Source: Escherichia phage ECML-606-1
Strand: one strand, 5' to 3'
Length of the DNA stretch: 64,000 bases
Sequence record: OL631484.1
Numbering within the stretch: the first letter of the stretch is position 1; each line of letters opens with the position of its first letter. A model generated the notes under the pieces. It was given only the letters and a program-made list of their open reading frames with translations. It searched no databases and had not been told where the DNA came from. The translations under genes and the position numbers were made by a program. Shown piece by piece: positions 28,259-37,725 of the stretch.

Positions 28259-28918
28259 TTAGCTGATATTTCTCGCGCCACGACCGTACAGGTCGAATTT
28301 GCGAAGCACGACGCGTTTTGGCAGGCGCATCCCTTGGTGCTCGTTACGGTCTGACGGGTAGGCATCCAGCATGAAATATTCGCTGTAGCGCTCCCCGGTG
28401 ATCGTGTACTGCTTGCCCGCTGGCGGTTCGCCACCGTTGGGCCACGTCAGTTTGCCGTTGGGTGCCACCTCAGGGATCCCGCCCTCAATAACGCCAGTCC
28501 GGGCATCATTAAGCCAGAAAACTCGCTCAATGCTCTTGGGATAGCGCCTGAGCCGTTCAGTCGGTGCGCCGTGGGTCAGCACGTCTGAAAAGCCATCGAG
28601 GCCATCCAGCGTGGTTACACGGTCATATTGCCCGCCCCAGTCCCATGCTGGCTGATCCTCCGGTAGGCTCACCACCATGTCGCCATGCTCCCACAAGCCC
28701 ATTTTTGCCCATTTCATCTGGGTTTCCTGAGAGGCGACGCCCACCACCATTTCCTCCGGCGCATCCCAGATCCTGCCCATCCCGGTACAGAGCGGGCAGC
28801 TCGGATCAGCAGATCCAGACTGCGCATTACGGCATGGGCAGGCCCAGTTACGCGCCCAGAGGACGCGCTGACCGATATTATTCAGGTGACGGTTAAAGTT
28901 TTGTTGGCTGAAACGCAT
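28259..28918 (-). CDS. Cys-rich virion protein (putative zinc-binding head/neck protein)
   Basis: CPC...CPLCTG cysteine cluster; located between head and neck genes. Confidence 0.35.
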   Translation of the reverse strand: MRFSQQNFNRHLNNIGQRVLWARNWACPCRNAQSGSADPSCPLCTGMGRIWDAPEEMVVGVASQETQMKWAKMGLWEHGDMVVSLPEDQPAWDWGGQYDRVTTLDGLDGFSDVLTHGAPTERLRRYPKSIERVFWLNDARTGVIEGGIPEVAPNGKLTWPNGGEPPAGKQYTITGERYSEYFMLDAYPSDRNEHQGMRLPKRVVLRKFDLYGRGARNIS

Positions 28919-28928
28919 ATTCTCCCCC

Positions 28929-30044
28929 TTAGAAAATCATGCTGCGCACGCCATGGATAGCAGCCTGCAAGCCACCATTCCCGCTTTTCTCCGGCCCGTC
29001 GATGATGCGATCGATCTGGTCTTGATACTTGCTCAGATCGACGCTCATGGACTCGCTCAGGCCATCGGCGCTGATAGAGCCGGACTGCGGCAGGAAAGTG
29101 TCAGTGATGATCTTCGTCACCGCCAGTTTCATGATGGCGTCGATGAGATCAGGGTACTGGGTAGCGGCGTCCACCAGCCCGGCTGTGTAGTCGAGGTGAA
29201 CCATCTGCGGGATGCGGCTTTGCCACGTCAGCGCGGTGAAGCCAAGCACGGAGGTAGTCACCAGCGTGGCGTTAGTCACCGGAATGATCTCAACGTGCCC
29301 ATACTTCTGATCGATGCGCAGCCACTCCTGCGGGATATCAAAATACTGGCCCCCGGCAGACGGCATGATGAAGCGCAGACGCTGCACGTTCACCACCGGA
29401 TGATGACGCGTGACAAAGTAGCCCCACTTGTCGCGGTCGAACATGGTCGGCTCATAGTCCTGCGGCGTGTCTTTTACCCACGGCTCACCGTTCAGCTCAG
29501 CGATCTGGTCATCGGTCGGAGTGCTTTGGAATACCCGCGTCGGGACGAGGAACACGCGTAGACGGCGAGAGATTTCGGCCTCGGCGGCAATCAGTTTGCG
29601 CCAGATATAATCATCGGACACTTTCATATCGCGCAGGGCACCCGCTGACGCTGCCATAAGCTGATCCTCGCGCAGCTGCGGGATCACCAGCTCTTTGATA
29701 AACAGCTGCGACCGGGTGAGCTCAAATGGCTCCTTAATCTCAGCCGGGAACATGGCCCGACCGACCGGGAAGCCGGACACGCACAGGATCACGTCATTGC
29801 GCGTGGCGAATTCAGCCTGGTAAGGATCGGTCGTCCCGTCGATAACGATGACGATGGCACCATTTTTCAGGTTGGTACCCGTAGCAGTCAGGTCAACAGG
29901 CGTTTGCTTGTTGGCGATCAGCTGGCCCTGCTTGGTAATCAGCGCCCACGTCAGGGACTCCCCGCCAGTCAGCGCGATGGGTTTCCCGTCTTTTTTCAGC
30001 TCTACAATGACCGTGCTGACGGTATTGCGTTCAATGGTAATCAT
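28929..30044 (-). CDS. head-tail connector/neck-region structural protein (unknown)
   Basis: 371-aa ORF with RBS GGAG; downstream of capsid-associated genes. Confidence 0.35.
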   Translation of the reverse strand: MITIERNTVSTVIVELKKDGKPIALTGGESLTWALITKQGQLIANKQTPVDLTATGTNLKNGAIVIVIDGTTDPYQAEFATRNDVILCVSGFPVGRAMFPAEIKEPFELTRSQLFIKELVIPQLREDQLMAASAGALRDMKVSDDYIWRKLIAAEAEISRRLRVFLVPTRVFQSTPTDDQIAELNGEPWVKDTPQDYEPTMFDRDKWGYFVTRHHPVVNVQRLRFIMPSAGGQYFDIPQEWLRIDQKYGHVEIIPVTNATLVTTSVLGFTALTWQSRIPQMVHLDYTAGLVDAATQYPDLIDAIMKLAVTKIITDTFLPQSGSISADGLSESMSVDLSKYQDQIDRIIDGPEKSGNGGLQAAIHGVRSMIF

Positions 30045-30055
30045 GCGTTACTCCA

Positions 30056-30080
30056 ATAAAAAAGCCGCCCTGAGGCGGCT
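30056..30080 (-). terminator. intrinsic terminator (minus strand)
   Basis: AGCCGCC-tcag-GGCGGCT hairpin followed on minus strand by U6. Confidence 0.5.
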
Positions 30081-30106
30081 TAACAGGGCTTTACGCCAGC
30101 TGCAAA

Positions 30107-30796
30107 TTACGAAATAGTGATAGAGCAGGTTGCCGGAGATCCGGTGATGGTCTGCCCGGCCTTAGCCGTCGCTGTTACTGTCACTGTGCCAGTAGCATCA
30201 GCGTCCAGAGTCAACACGCCAGTAGTCGGAGCTACTGCGCCACCTTTAGAGCCAGCTACCGGGCTCACTACATAATCGAAGTCGGTCGCTACAGCGCCGC
30301 CCGTGCCAACATCAAACATCTGAGCGAAAGTCACAGTCGCGCCAGCGGCTGCGGTTACACCTGTTTTAGCTGCAATGGTCTTAACCGGAGCAGGCGGCGT
30401 AATGCCAGCAATAACGGCGTCCACAGCCTGATCCACGATATCACCGAAACCTATATCAGCCAGCCCCAGATTGAGGTTGTTAAGCACGCGCACCAGCTCG
30501 GCACGCTTATGCGGGGTAAGCGCCTGAGCAGCTGCCTCGCGCTGCGCCTGAGAGTGCAGGAAAGCCTGCATCAGGTCTCCAAAGCCCAGCTTGGCAGTGC
30601 CAAGGTTGAGATTGTTGAGCAGGCGTCCAATGTCGGAAGCCTGCGCATCGGTGATGCTGGTATCGGTCGTGCCAGTGTCCAGCAGGTTAACAAAGTGTGT
30701 CCCGAAGTCGGCGGCGGCGATGCCCAGATTCAGGTTGTTCAGCAGGTGCTTTAGTTTACCTTTTGAACTTTCAGAGAGTGTCACAAGGGCGACCAT
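30107..30796 (-). CDS. repeat-containing protein with C-terminal Ig-like/beta region (possible head decoration)
   Basis: Three tandem copies of LLNNLNLG.A..GFGD-containing unit, then Thr/Ala/Gly-rich beta segment; immediately downstream of capsid. Confidence 0.4.
   Translation of the reverse strand: MVALVTLSESSKGKLKHLLNNLNLGIAAADFGTHFVNLLDTGTTDTSITDAQASDIGRLLNNLNLGTAKLGFGDLMQAFLHSQAQREAAAQALTPHKRAELVRVLNNLNLGLADIGFGDIVDQAVDAVIAGITPPAPVKTIAAKTGVTAAAGATVTFAQMFDVGTGGAVATDFDYVVSPVAGSKGGAVAPTTGVLTLDADATGTVTVTATAKAGQTITGSPATCSITIS
30420..30755 (-). repeat. intragenic tandem repeat (3 units, about 126 bp each)
   Basis: DNA motif AGATTGAGGTTGTTAAGCA recurs three times at about 125-bp spacing, encoding the LLNNLNLG repeats. 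Confidence 0.5.
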
Positions 30797-30816
30797 AGCC
30801 GACTCCTATAAGCAGA

Positions 30817-31212
30817 TTATTCAGCCCCTTTAGCCGATTCCGCTGCCAGCCGCGCCTTGCGCTCAGCAGGAGTTTCGCGCTTAGGGGTTTGCGTATTTGC
30901 AGTGGCTTTTTTAGCCCCTGCCCCTTTCTGGATTTTACTGTCACTACCTGCCGCAGGGGCTTGCGGTTTCACATCTGGTTTCACTTCCTGCTTAATCTCC
31001 GGCACTGGCACCTTCGGAGTGTTTTCTTCCGGCTTCTTAGGCGCTTCCTCAGCGATAAAACCGGGAATGGTAAGGTAGCGTGCCACCTGCTCCTCAGTGA
31101 GGTCAGGGGACAGGTAACGGTACTCGCCTTCTGGCGCTTCCAGCTGAGTGAACGTCATCCCGTCAAGTTTGCAGTCAGGGCCCATCTGGTGAATGTTAAT
31201 TACTTTTGGCAT
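30817..31212 (-). CDS. hypothetical head-associated protein
   Basis: ORF after capsid terminator; ATG at 31212 with RBS GAGG preferred over TTG at 31227; Lys/Pro-rich C-terminus. Confidence 0.3.
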   Translation of the reverse strand: MPKVINIHQMGPDCKLDGMTFTQLEAPEGEYRYLSPDLTEEQVARYLTIPGFIAEEAPKKPEENTPKVPVPEIKQEVKPDVKPQAPAAGSDSKIQKGAGAKKATANTQTPKRETPAERKARLAAESAKGAE

Positions 31213-31234
31213 GGTTGGAATCCTCAATTTTCAG

Positions 31235-31260
31235 AAACAAAAGGGCCCCGTAGGGCCCTT
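31235..31260 (-). terminator. intrinsic terminator after major capsid gene
   Basis: GGGCCC-tacg-GGGCCC hairpin followed on minus strand by UUUUGUUU. Confidence 0.6.
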
Positions 31261-31275
31261 CAAATCGCCTACTGG

Positions 31276-32808
31276 TTATTCGCCAGTATGCGGACGCCAT
31301 TTTGCCTGAGTAGGCAGAATGTTTTTGATGTAGCCATGGTGTTTCGGCTTGGTAATACGCAGATAACCAAACAGGAACTGGAACCATGACATTACAGGCA
31401 TCCCGCCTACACCGAATGGCAGAGGGATCTTGGTCATCGGTTGGAACTGACGCCAGCCGATTGCATCCGCGCCAGCGCCAAGGTTCAGCATTGGTACACA
31501 GATGGTGCCCGGCAGAGTGCGGTTGTCGTCGTGGAACTTGGTCTTACCACCAGCGGAGCTAGAGGTATCAATTTTCACGTAACCGACCAGACGCATATCG
31601 CGCAGGGTGTCCAGATCATCAGCAGCTTTCGCCACGTCCTGACGACCACGATAGATGGCGAAGCCGCCGCAATCAGTGGATGCCGGGTTGGTGATGGACA
31701 GCACGATTTCTTCGCCAGAGGCAACAGTAACCTGATCCACGATCACCGCTTCGGACAGGCCAGCGCCGGAGGTGCTGATACCTGCGATAGCGTAGACGTA
31801 CTTACCAGCACGTTTGCCAGTGAAGCGAGCCGCGCCGTTGGTAGCCGCTGCGCCAGTTGTCGCGCCCGGTTTCAGTGCGGAGTTTTTCGCCGCCAGATCC
31901 GGGTTGGTCAGCTGGAACACATGCACCATCGGGTTGGTCTCGTCATGGATAAAGGTATCCATGTGAGTTTTCAGGATGCCAGTAGTCAGGCGGATCCCGT
32001 TAACATGACCACCGATAGTTGGTGTGTTCTGGCCTTCTGGCATCCAGCGGAATGCTGGATCTAAGCCCATGTTCAGATCGTTCTGAACAGAGTTAGGCAG
32101 GAAGATATCGGTTGACTGGCCCCAGTTGCCGTAGGAGTTAACTTCTACGTTAATCTGAGACATCGGCTCAACGCTGTTCAGCGCGGTACCGTTCAGGTCA
32201 ACGATGTGCTCCGGTGCCATTTTCCCCGCAGCCACTTCTTTGTCGATCTGGGTAAAGATACCGTCAAACTGCGTACTAACAACGTCAGCGTTACCATGAT
32301 AAAGCAGGTAGTTGGCGTCGGTCAGCAGTTGCAGTGCGCCGTTACGTTCTTCGACCGCAATCGGCTCAGCGATGTTTTTACCGATGTTCAGGACATAGCC
32401 GACCTGACGCAGAGACATCAGGAATTTGACCAGACCTACTTCACGGCTGTATTCGCCCTGTGCGGCACGTACAACGCCCATCTGGGTGTTGGTAGAACCA
32501 CCAAGGAAACCACCGACAGATGACTGGCGGCTGTATTCGTCAACGATGTTGATCGCGTTGGACTGCTGCAACATGTTGAACAGCGTAAAGTGCTTGTTCT
32601 CCTGAATCGTGGTCTTCATCGCAGTATCAAGAGACTGCACGCCTAACGCGCCGCCGCCCTGCAATTTGCTCACGTCAGTCTGATAGTCCGAAGCCTGAAG
32701 CGCTTTGGTCAGCTCCTCAAACTGGGCCATATTACCGCCCAGAGAGCCGCCAAGAGCAGCTGCGCCGCCCGGCAATGCGTTCTGGAACAGTTGGGCGATG
32801 TTTTGCAT
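31276..32808 (-). CDS. major capsid protein
   Basis: 510 aa, strong RBS AGGAG, position after scaffold and before a strong terminator; N-terminal segment shared with upstream 294-aa protein. Confidence 0.65.
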   Translation of the reverse strand: MQNIAQLFQNALPGGAAALGGSLGGNMAQFEELTKALQASDYQTDVSKLQGGGALGVQSLDTAMKTTIQENKHFTLFNMLQQSNAINIVDEYSRQSSVGGFLGGSTNTQMGVVRAAQGEYSREVGLVKFLMSLRQVGYVLNIGKNIAEPIAVEERNGALQLLTDANYLLYHGNADVVSTQFDGIFTQIDKEVAAGKMAPEHIVDLNGTALNSVEPMSQINVEVNSYGNWGQSTDIFLPNSVQNDLNMGLDPAFRWMPEGQNTPTIGGHVNGIRLTTGILKTHMDTFIHDETNPMVHVFQLTNPDLAAKNSALKPGATTGAAATNGAARFTGKRAGKYVYAIAGISTSGAGLSEAVIVDQVTVASGEEIVLSITNPASTDCGGFAIYRGRQDVAKAADDLDTLRDMRLVGYVKIDTSSSAGGKTKFHDDNRTLPGTICVPMLNLGAGADAIGWRQFQPMTKIPLPFGVGGMPVMSWFQFLFGYLRITKPKHHGYIKNILPTQAKWRPHTGE

Positions 32809-32869
32809 CGTTTACTCTCCTGAGTAGTTAAAGTATTCCCGACCGTAGAGCGGCGGGAGTCGGGAAAAA

Positions 32870-33559
32870 TTACAGGCCAGTGCCCAGCACTTTCGCCAGA
32901 ATCGCCGGATCAGGCTGATAACCGTTGCGCAGTGCGCAGTCGATCATGTTCAGCTGCACGCCAGTGATCTTGCCTTCGTTGTATGCAACGTTGGACTTAA
33001 TCATCAGGTCAGCGCCAGTGATCTGGGTATCTTCCGGCTGCTCAGTCGTTGCCTGAGTACCTGCCATGGATTTTGCCATCACGACAACCTGAGATTTACG
33101 CCCGGCACCCTGAGCGCCTGCATTAATCTGGTTCTGCTGCAATGATTTGATCAGCTCGCCCTGAGCCGCGATGGTGTTGCCCATGCGCTCCATCATCTGC
33201 ATCATCAGCGGGAAACCAGTATTCAGCGCTTCGTTGGTGCTGTTTACGGATTTTTGCAGGGTTTCCAGCACTTCGGTGGCGTCGATCATCTGCTCACCAT
33301 TTGCGCCTTCTACCGCAGGCAGAGATTTAGTCAGCTCGGTGTTTTCGCCCTGACCTTTGGTCTCGCCGTTCTCGTCTTTGTTTTCTTCGGTGTTTTCACC
33401 GGAACCAGCGCCAGCGCCTTCGCCGTTGTTGGCAGGGGATTCACCCGCAGCCGCCTGGATATTTTTGTCATCCTGAGCGGCTGGAATTGATTTCGCTAAA
33501 GTCTCTTTCTGCGAAGCATCGAGAGTCTGGAGCGTTTCCAGCAGATTTTTAAAGGACAT
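32870..33559 (-). CDS. scaffolding-like protein
   Basis: 229 aa, acidic, low-complexity Gly/Glu/Asn N-terminal region and helical C-terminus; located between portal-proximal genes and capsid. Confidence 0.45.
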   Translation of the reverse strand: MSFKNLLETLQTLDASQKETLAKSIPAAQDDKNIQAAAGESPANNGEGAGAGSGENTEENKDENGETKGQGENTELTKSLPAVEGANGEQMIDATEVLETLQKSVNSTNEALNTGFPLMMQMMERMGNTIAAQGELIKSLQQNQINAGAQGAGRKSQVVVMAKSMAGTQATTEQPEDTQITGADLMIKSNVAYNEGKITGVQLNMIDCALRNGYQPDPAILAKVLGTGL

Positions 33560-33562
33560 AAT

Positions 33563-34447
33563 TTAGCCTCTTTGTTGTAAGGAAATATCGCTCAGAAAGC
33601 GATGCACCCAAGCAGCCGCCTCGGATGGCGACATACTAAAGTTTGCGGCGCAGTATTGCGCCAGACCTTCTTCTGAGGTCAGGTAATCGGCGGTGATAGC
33701 ACCGGAGATTAACGCGACGCTCAGCTGGTCACGGAACTCGTAATAGCTGATCGGCTGGTTGCCGCCCGTATCAAGCGACTGCACACCAAAGGCACCGCCA
33801 CCAGTCAGCTGGCTCATATCGCTGCAATAAGACGCCTCCAGCGCCTTGCTCAGCACGATCCCGCCCATGGATTTGGTCAGGGTGCCGATAGGAGACAGGG
33901 AGGCTGTGCGCAGATGTTGGTTAACTGGCGTCTGGGACAGGGCGATATTCGTCCAGCGGACTTTATCGACCATTGTGACTTTTTGCTGGGTTTCCGGGTC
34001 TACCTGCACGCTTTTAGCGAGCACGGCACCACCGACAGAAGGGTACCAGCGCTGAGGCGGATTAAGCTGCGTCATTGATTCCCAGACCATGTTTGCATTC
34101 TCAGCCATCGGGCCAGTGCCCTCATACAGCTGCGCTTTTACAAACGTGGTGTTGCCATCGATCTTGACATCGACCGGGCGACCAATTTCGTAGCTTTTGG
34201 CTTCTTTGAGCGACATCCCCAGCTTTTGCCCGATAACGGTAAAGTGGTCAATGTCGATGTTACCGAACTTTAAAAACAGGTCGGTACTCTCAGCGAGGGC
34301 CTTAGCCATGATCTTCTCATTCGTCTGGTCGAGCCCTTCATTGGACGCCTCCAGAAAGATAAAACGCTTCCCGCCCTCGGCTTTCGCGTGGGCTTTGAGC
34401 ATCATATCCATACGGATAAGGTTGTCGGTATTCTCGGTGTCGATCAT
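33563..34447 (-). CDS. head maturation protein (prohead protease or capsid-related scaffold; uncertain)
   Basis: 294-aa ORF upstream of scaffold; contains block LEASYCSDMSQLTGGGAFGVQSLDT nearly identical to major capsid N-terminal segment. Confidence 0.35.
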   Translation of the reverse strand: MIDTENTDNLIRMDMMLKAHAKAEGGKRFIFLEASNEGLDQTNEKIMAKALAESTDLFLKFGNIDIDHFTVIGQKLGMSLKEAKSYEIGRPVDVKIDGNTTFVKAQLYEGTGPMAENANMVWESMTQLNPPQRWYPSVGGAVLAKSVQVDPETQQKVTMVDKVRWTNIALSQTPVNQHLRTASLSPIGTLTKSMGGIVLSKALEASYCSDMSQLTGGGAFGVQSLDTGGNQPISYYEFRDQLSVALISGAITADYLTSEEGLAQYCAANFSMSPSEAAAWVHRFLSDISLQQRG

Positions 34448-34500
34448 GGGGTTTGCCCTTTCAAAACATGCTTAAATTCTGCCGTCACGACGCAAATACG

Positions 34501-35604
34501 TCATGCAAGGATTTTTTCGAGCAGCGCCGCAAAATCAGGATCGTCACCCGGTTGCGCTTTCGTGGTGGCCACCCAGCGCCCCCGGCAGTGTGGATGCGCC
34601 AGCCCGGCAGGAAGTTGCCAGAGCTCGTCCTCAGTCCGCTTCACCAGCTTCCCGGCGACGCGCTTATATGGCGACGCTGAGCGCCCGATATTGTTTTTAC
34701 CGGGCCAGATCATCGTCGCGGGATCTTTGTTGGGGTAATCAGCCGGAACCACCGTGGCGATCTTCCCGTGAATCTTTTTACAGAATGGGCAGGCGGTGCC
34801 GTACATTTCGACACGCTCCACTTTTGACATCGGCTCGCACGCGGCGATAAAGCCCTGTAGCTGGCACTCTCCAGCCTCTGTGACGGCGATTCGACGCCAG
34901 TCCCTGTTCAGCTGCGCGAAGTTGTCAAAAAGCTCCTGCTGGAGCGCCTGCTGCGTTCCCGGCTCCCCCAGCTGTTTGCGCTCCTCGCTGCGCATGATCA
35001 CGCCCCGCATCATCTTCCGGGTGTTGTCCGCCAGATTGACCACGTTCTCAGCCGCGCGAGCGCTGGCAAAGTCCAGCGTGGTCTTTTCGATTTTGGTCAG
35101 CGGTACGCCCCCGGACTCCTCTTTGGTGTTGGGCAGAGCCATCAGCAGCTTGGCGGCGTCGTTAGCCGTCAGCTCTTTTTCCCAGTTAGCCTGGACTTTT
35201 CCCAGCAGCGTGGCTTTGGTCGCCAGCCAGTCGGCTTCTGCGATCAGGACATCCTTCGGCATGTAGGTTTGCACCGTCAGCTCGACGGCGAGAAAATGAT
35301 CGTCCAGTGTCCACTGGTCGAACGGCAGCACGCGCAGGTACAGATCCACCAGCTCGCGCTCCTCCTCAGTCCAGACCTGCATCATGCCCACCTGCGGCTT
35401 TGGCTGCGGTTTTCCTGCCTTCTGGTTCTTCCCCAGCTCCCACGCCTCAATCGCCTTTCTGACGTTGCCCAGATGCAGCAGGCCGCGCTGGGTGAACAGC
35501 TCCACCAGCTTGCGGATAAGCGGGCTTTCGTGCGGACGCCAGATATCGCCATCTTCGCCACCGCGAATGGCTTTGTGCATGGTCTCCAGCACTTCATTTG
35601 TCAC
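34501..35604 (-). CDS. MuF-like minor head (head morphogenesis) protein
   Basis: Size and downstream-of-portal position; C-terminal CPFC...HPHC cysteine/histidine motifs common in MuF/SPP1 gp7-family proteins. Confidence 0.6.
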   Translation of the reverse strand: MTNEVLETMHKAIRGGEDGDIWRPHESPLIRKLVELFTQRGLLHLGNVRKAIEAWELGKNQKAGKPQPKPQVGMMQVWTEEERELVDLYLRVLPFDQWTLDDHFLAVELTVQTYMPKDVLIAEADWLATKATLLGKVQANWEKELTANDAAKLLMALPNTKEESGGVPLTKIEKTTLDFASARAAENVVNLADNTRKMMRGVIMRSEERKQLGEPGTQQALQQELFDNFAQLNRDWRRIAVTEAGECQLQGFIAACEPMSKVERVEMYGTACPFCKKIHGKIATVVPADYPNKDPATMIWPGKNNIGRSASPYKRVAGKLVKRTEDELWQLPAGLAHPHCRGRWVATTKAQPGDDPDFAALLEKILA

Positions 35605-35866
35605 GTATGGCGTGAGCGATGTCAGATCGAGCGTAATGATGGCGTAGTCTCCTTAAATTAGGTGCCCCCCTTCTGGGAGGGGCGTGCAACCATTCGGCTA
35701 CCCTTGCGGGCTGGTTGCTGCGTTCGCTGGCACAGTCACGCAGAGGCCCATCAGCCTCACCCTCAGTCAGCGTGAGGGAGGATTCCCCGGAGGCTCAACC
35801 TCCTCCAAGCCCCGGCGACTAGCGGGGAATGCACAGGTTTGCTTTCGCAATCGGAGCACCAAAAAC

Positions 35867-37660
35867 TTACAGGTCGGGCAGACCAAACGATTTGTAGAGC
35901 CCTTCCTCGTCGAGGTTCTGCAATGTGTTATGCAGCTCATCGAATTTTTTCTTATTGTCGGCTTGCAGCTGCTCCTGCTCGGCCTGCTGCTGTGCAGCTG
36001 CGTCGGCGTCGTCAGGGTTGGCAGGATCAGCGCCCAGCTCCTCGCCCGGCTGCTGTAGCTCGGCCTGCTGCGCCATCTGCTCGGCCTGAATATCAGCGTT
36101 GACCTTAGCCATATAAGGCTGCATCGAAACGCTGTTAAGCGGGGAGTTGGCCCAGTCTTCTTTGATTTCTTCCCAGTTGCGAGCGCGGCGTGCTTCGTTG
36201 ACGGTAAGGAGCGTTTTCTCCTCGTCCCACGCCTGCTTCGGATCCTTCTCATCCAGACCTGTCCAGCGGAACACGTACTTATCTGAGAAGTCGGAAATGA
36301 TGTAATCGGTGAATAAGTCCTCAAAGTGCGACAGCAGCGGTCGCAGGCCCTTATCCTTCGAGTTGATCAGCTTCTCCTCCGTGTCACTGCCGGACAGCGA
36401 ACTGGTACCAGCAGTGAAGGATTCGAAGTTGATCTCGTCCGGGGCGATGCCATAAATAGCGCAGATGATCGCGGTTAAGAACGTCATCCATTTGGCAAAC
36501 ATGATCTCGTTAACGTCTACGCCAAAGTTTTCAAATTTCGCCGTGGATTCCGAAGTTTTGGAAACCATGACGGGCAATGTCCATGCGTTATTGATGCCCT
36601 TCACCATGCTATTCCAGTACCGCTTAAAGGAGTTGAGATCCTCGGTAGAATAGTCGCCGGAGAGATGGAGCAGACCTTTCGGGATGGCGTTCGAGTCGAA
36701 ATACTTCTGGTTGTACGTCATGGCGTTCAGGAAGCCCGTGACGGTGTTTACCAGCAGCTCAGTTTCGCTCATCCCGTAACCTCCGTTCAGCACATCGGTG
36801 CGGGTGTTGCGCGGAACATAGATCAGGTCGTTGTAGGTGTAAGCGGTGCGGATGTTCCCCTGCACCACCTGTAAAGCAAAAATCTCATCATCGCCCTTGT
36901 AGCCGTCCTCAGTACAGAGGCGGATCGTGGCACCATCGACGGCATAAAGCCCGTCCATGCCTAGCGAGCGGTTTTTCTTGAATTCGGTCTCAATCGGCGC
37001 GGAGTCCATCACCAGCGAGTCGCGCACCAGCTTGCTCATGAAGCCTGAGAAGTTATCGCGCTTGAGGCGAGCACGCACGCGGGGGTTACTCTCCCAGCCG
37101 CAGTTTTGCATGAACATTTGCAGCGCGTTGATGGAGTCCTGCTCAGGCTTCGCCAGCCGCTGTGAGCCATTCTGCTCTTTCAAGCGAATCTGGAAGCCGG
37201 GGCCCACGCCTTTCTCACTGGCGCGGCAGAAGCGTTTGATCTGGCGGATGCGGGTCATCACCACCGCCGACAGGATTGGCGTCTTGTCCACCATGTAGCG
37301 CATGGCATCAAAGCCAAAGTTTGTCGGACGCTCATACCAGTCTCCCAGAATCTGCACCTGACGGTCATCCAGCCAGACAGACTGCATACCTTCTTTCTTG
37401 CCCTCGCGGACAGCCTGAGAAGGGTAATCGACCAGTGTATTTTTCTGGAGGGACTTGTAAAATTCCTGATCAGCATATGACTGGGCAATATGCTGAATCA
37501 GCGGAGCCAGATCCGGCACGCTGGAAGGCATTGCAGCTTTCTGCGCTTGCGCCATCGCATCCTGCTGTTCGTCGGCAGGCGCGGCAGGGTTGTGCGCGGT
37601 TTGGATGGCGTTGTCAGACATACGGTTAACCTTTGCAAAGTAGTTCGCAGAGAGTGACAT
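35867..37660 (-). CDS. portal protein
   Basis: About 600 aa, located between terminase and MuF-like gene, acidic C-terminal tail; track start TTG 37678 lies inside the conserved GTCGTGATG motif so ATG 37660 or 37621 is more likely. Confidence 0.7.
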   Translation of the reverse strand: MSLSANYFAKVNRMSDNAIQTAHNPAAPADEQQDAMAQAQKAAMPSSVPDLAPLIQHIAQSYADQEFYKSLQKNTLVDYPSQAVREGKKEGMQSVWLDDRQVQILGDWYERPTNFGFDAMRYMVDKTPILSAVVMTRIRQIKRFCRASEKGVGPGFQIRLKEQNGSQRLAKPEQDSINALQMFMQNCGWESNPRVRARLKRDNFSGFMSKLVRDSLVMDSAPIETEFKKNRSLGMDGLYAVDGATIRLCTEDGYKGDDEIFALQVVQGNIRTAYTYNDLIYVPRNTRTDVLNGGYGMSETELLVNTVTGFLNAMTYNQKYFDSNAIPKGLLHLSGDYSTEDLNSFKRYWNSMVKGINNAWTLPVMVSKTSESTAKFENFGVDVNEIMFAKWMTFLTAIICAIYGIAPDEINFESFTAGTSSLSGSDTEEKLINSKDKGLRPLLSHFEDLFTDYIISDFSDKYVFRWTGLDEKDPKQAWDEEKTLLTVNEARRARNWEEIKEDWANSPLNSVSMQPYMAKVNADIQAEQMAQQAELQQPGEELGADPANPDDADAAAQQQAEQEQLQADNKKKFDELHNTLQNLDEEGLYKSFGLPDL

Positions 37661-37696
37661 CACGACATCACGACGCAAAATAATTTAAATACCCTC

Positions 37697-37725
37697 TTGC
37701 TATCATCTTTTTTGCGTGCTTTAAT
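37697..37725 (+). promoter_or_regulatory. putative sigma70-type promoter for the tRNA island
   Basis: TTGCTA -35, 17-bp spacer, TTTAAT -10, upstream of tRNA-like elements on + strand. Confidence 0.35.

Noticed and set aside
35684-36324. ORFs of 124 aa (+) and 185 aa (-) across the portal 3' end and the structured intergenic region
   Set aside because: Out-of-frame or antisense overlaps with the portal gene; the non-coding part is dominated by GC hairpins rather than coding signal
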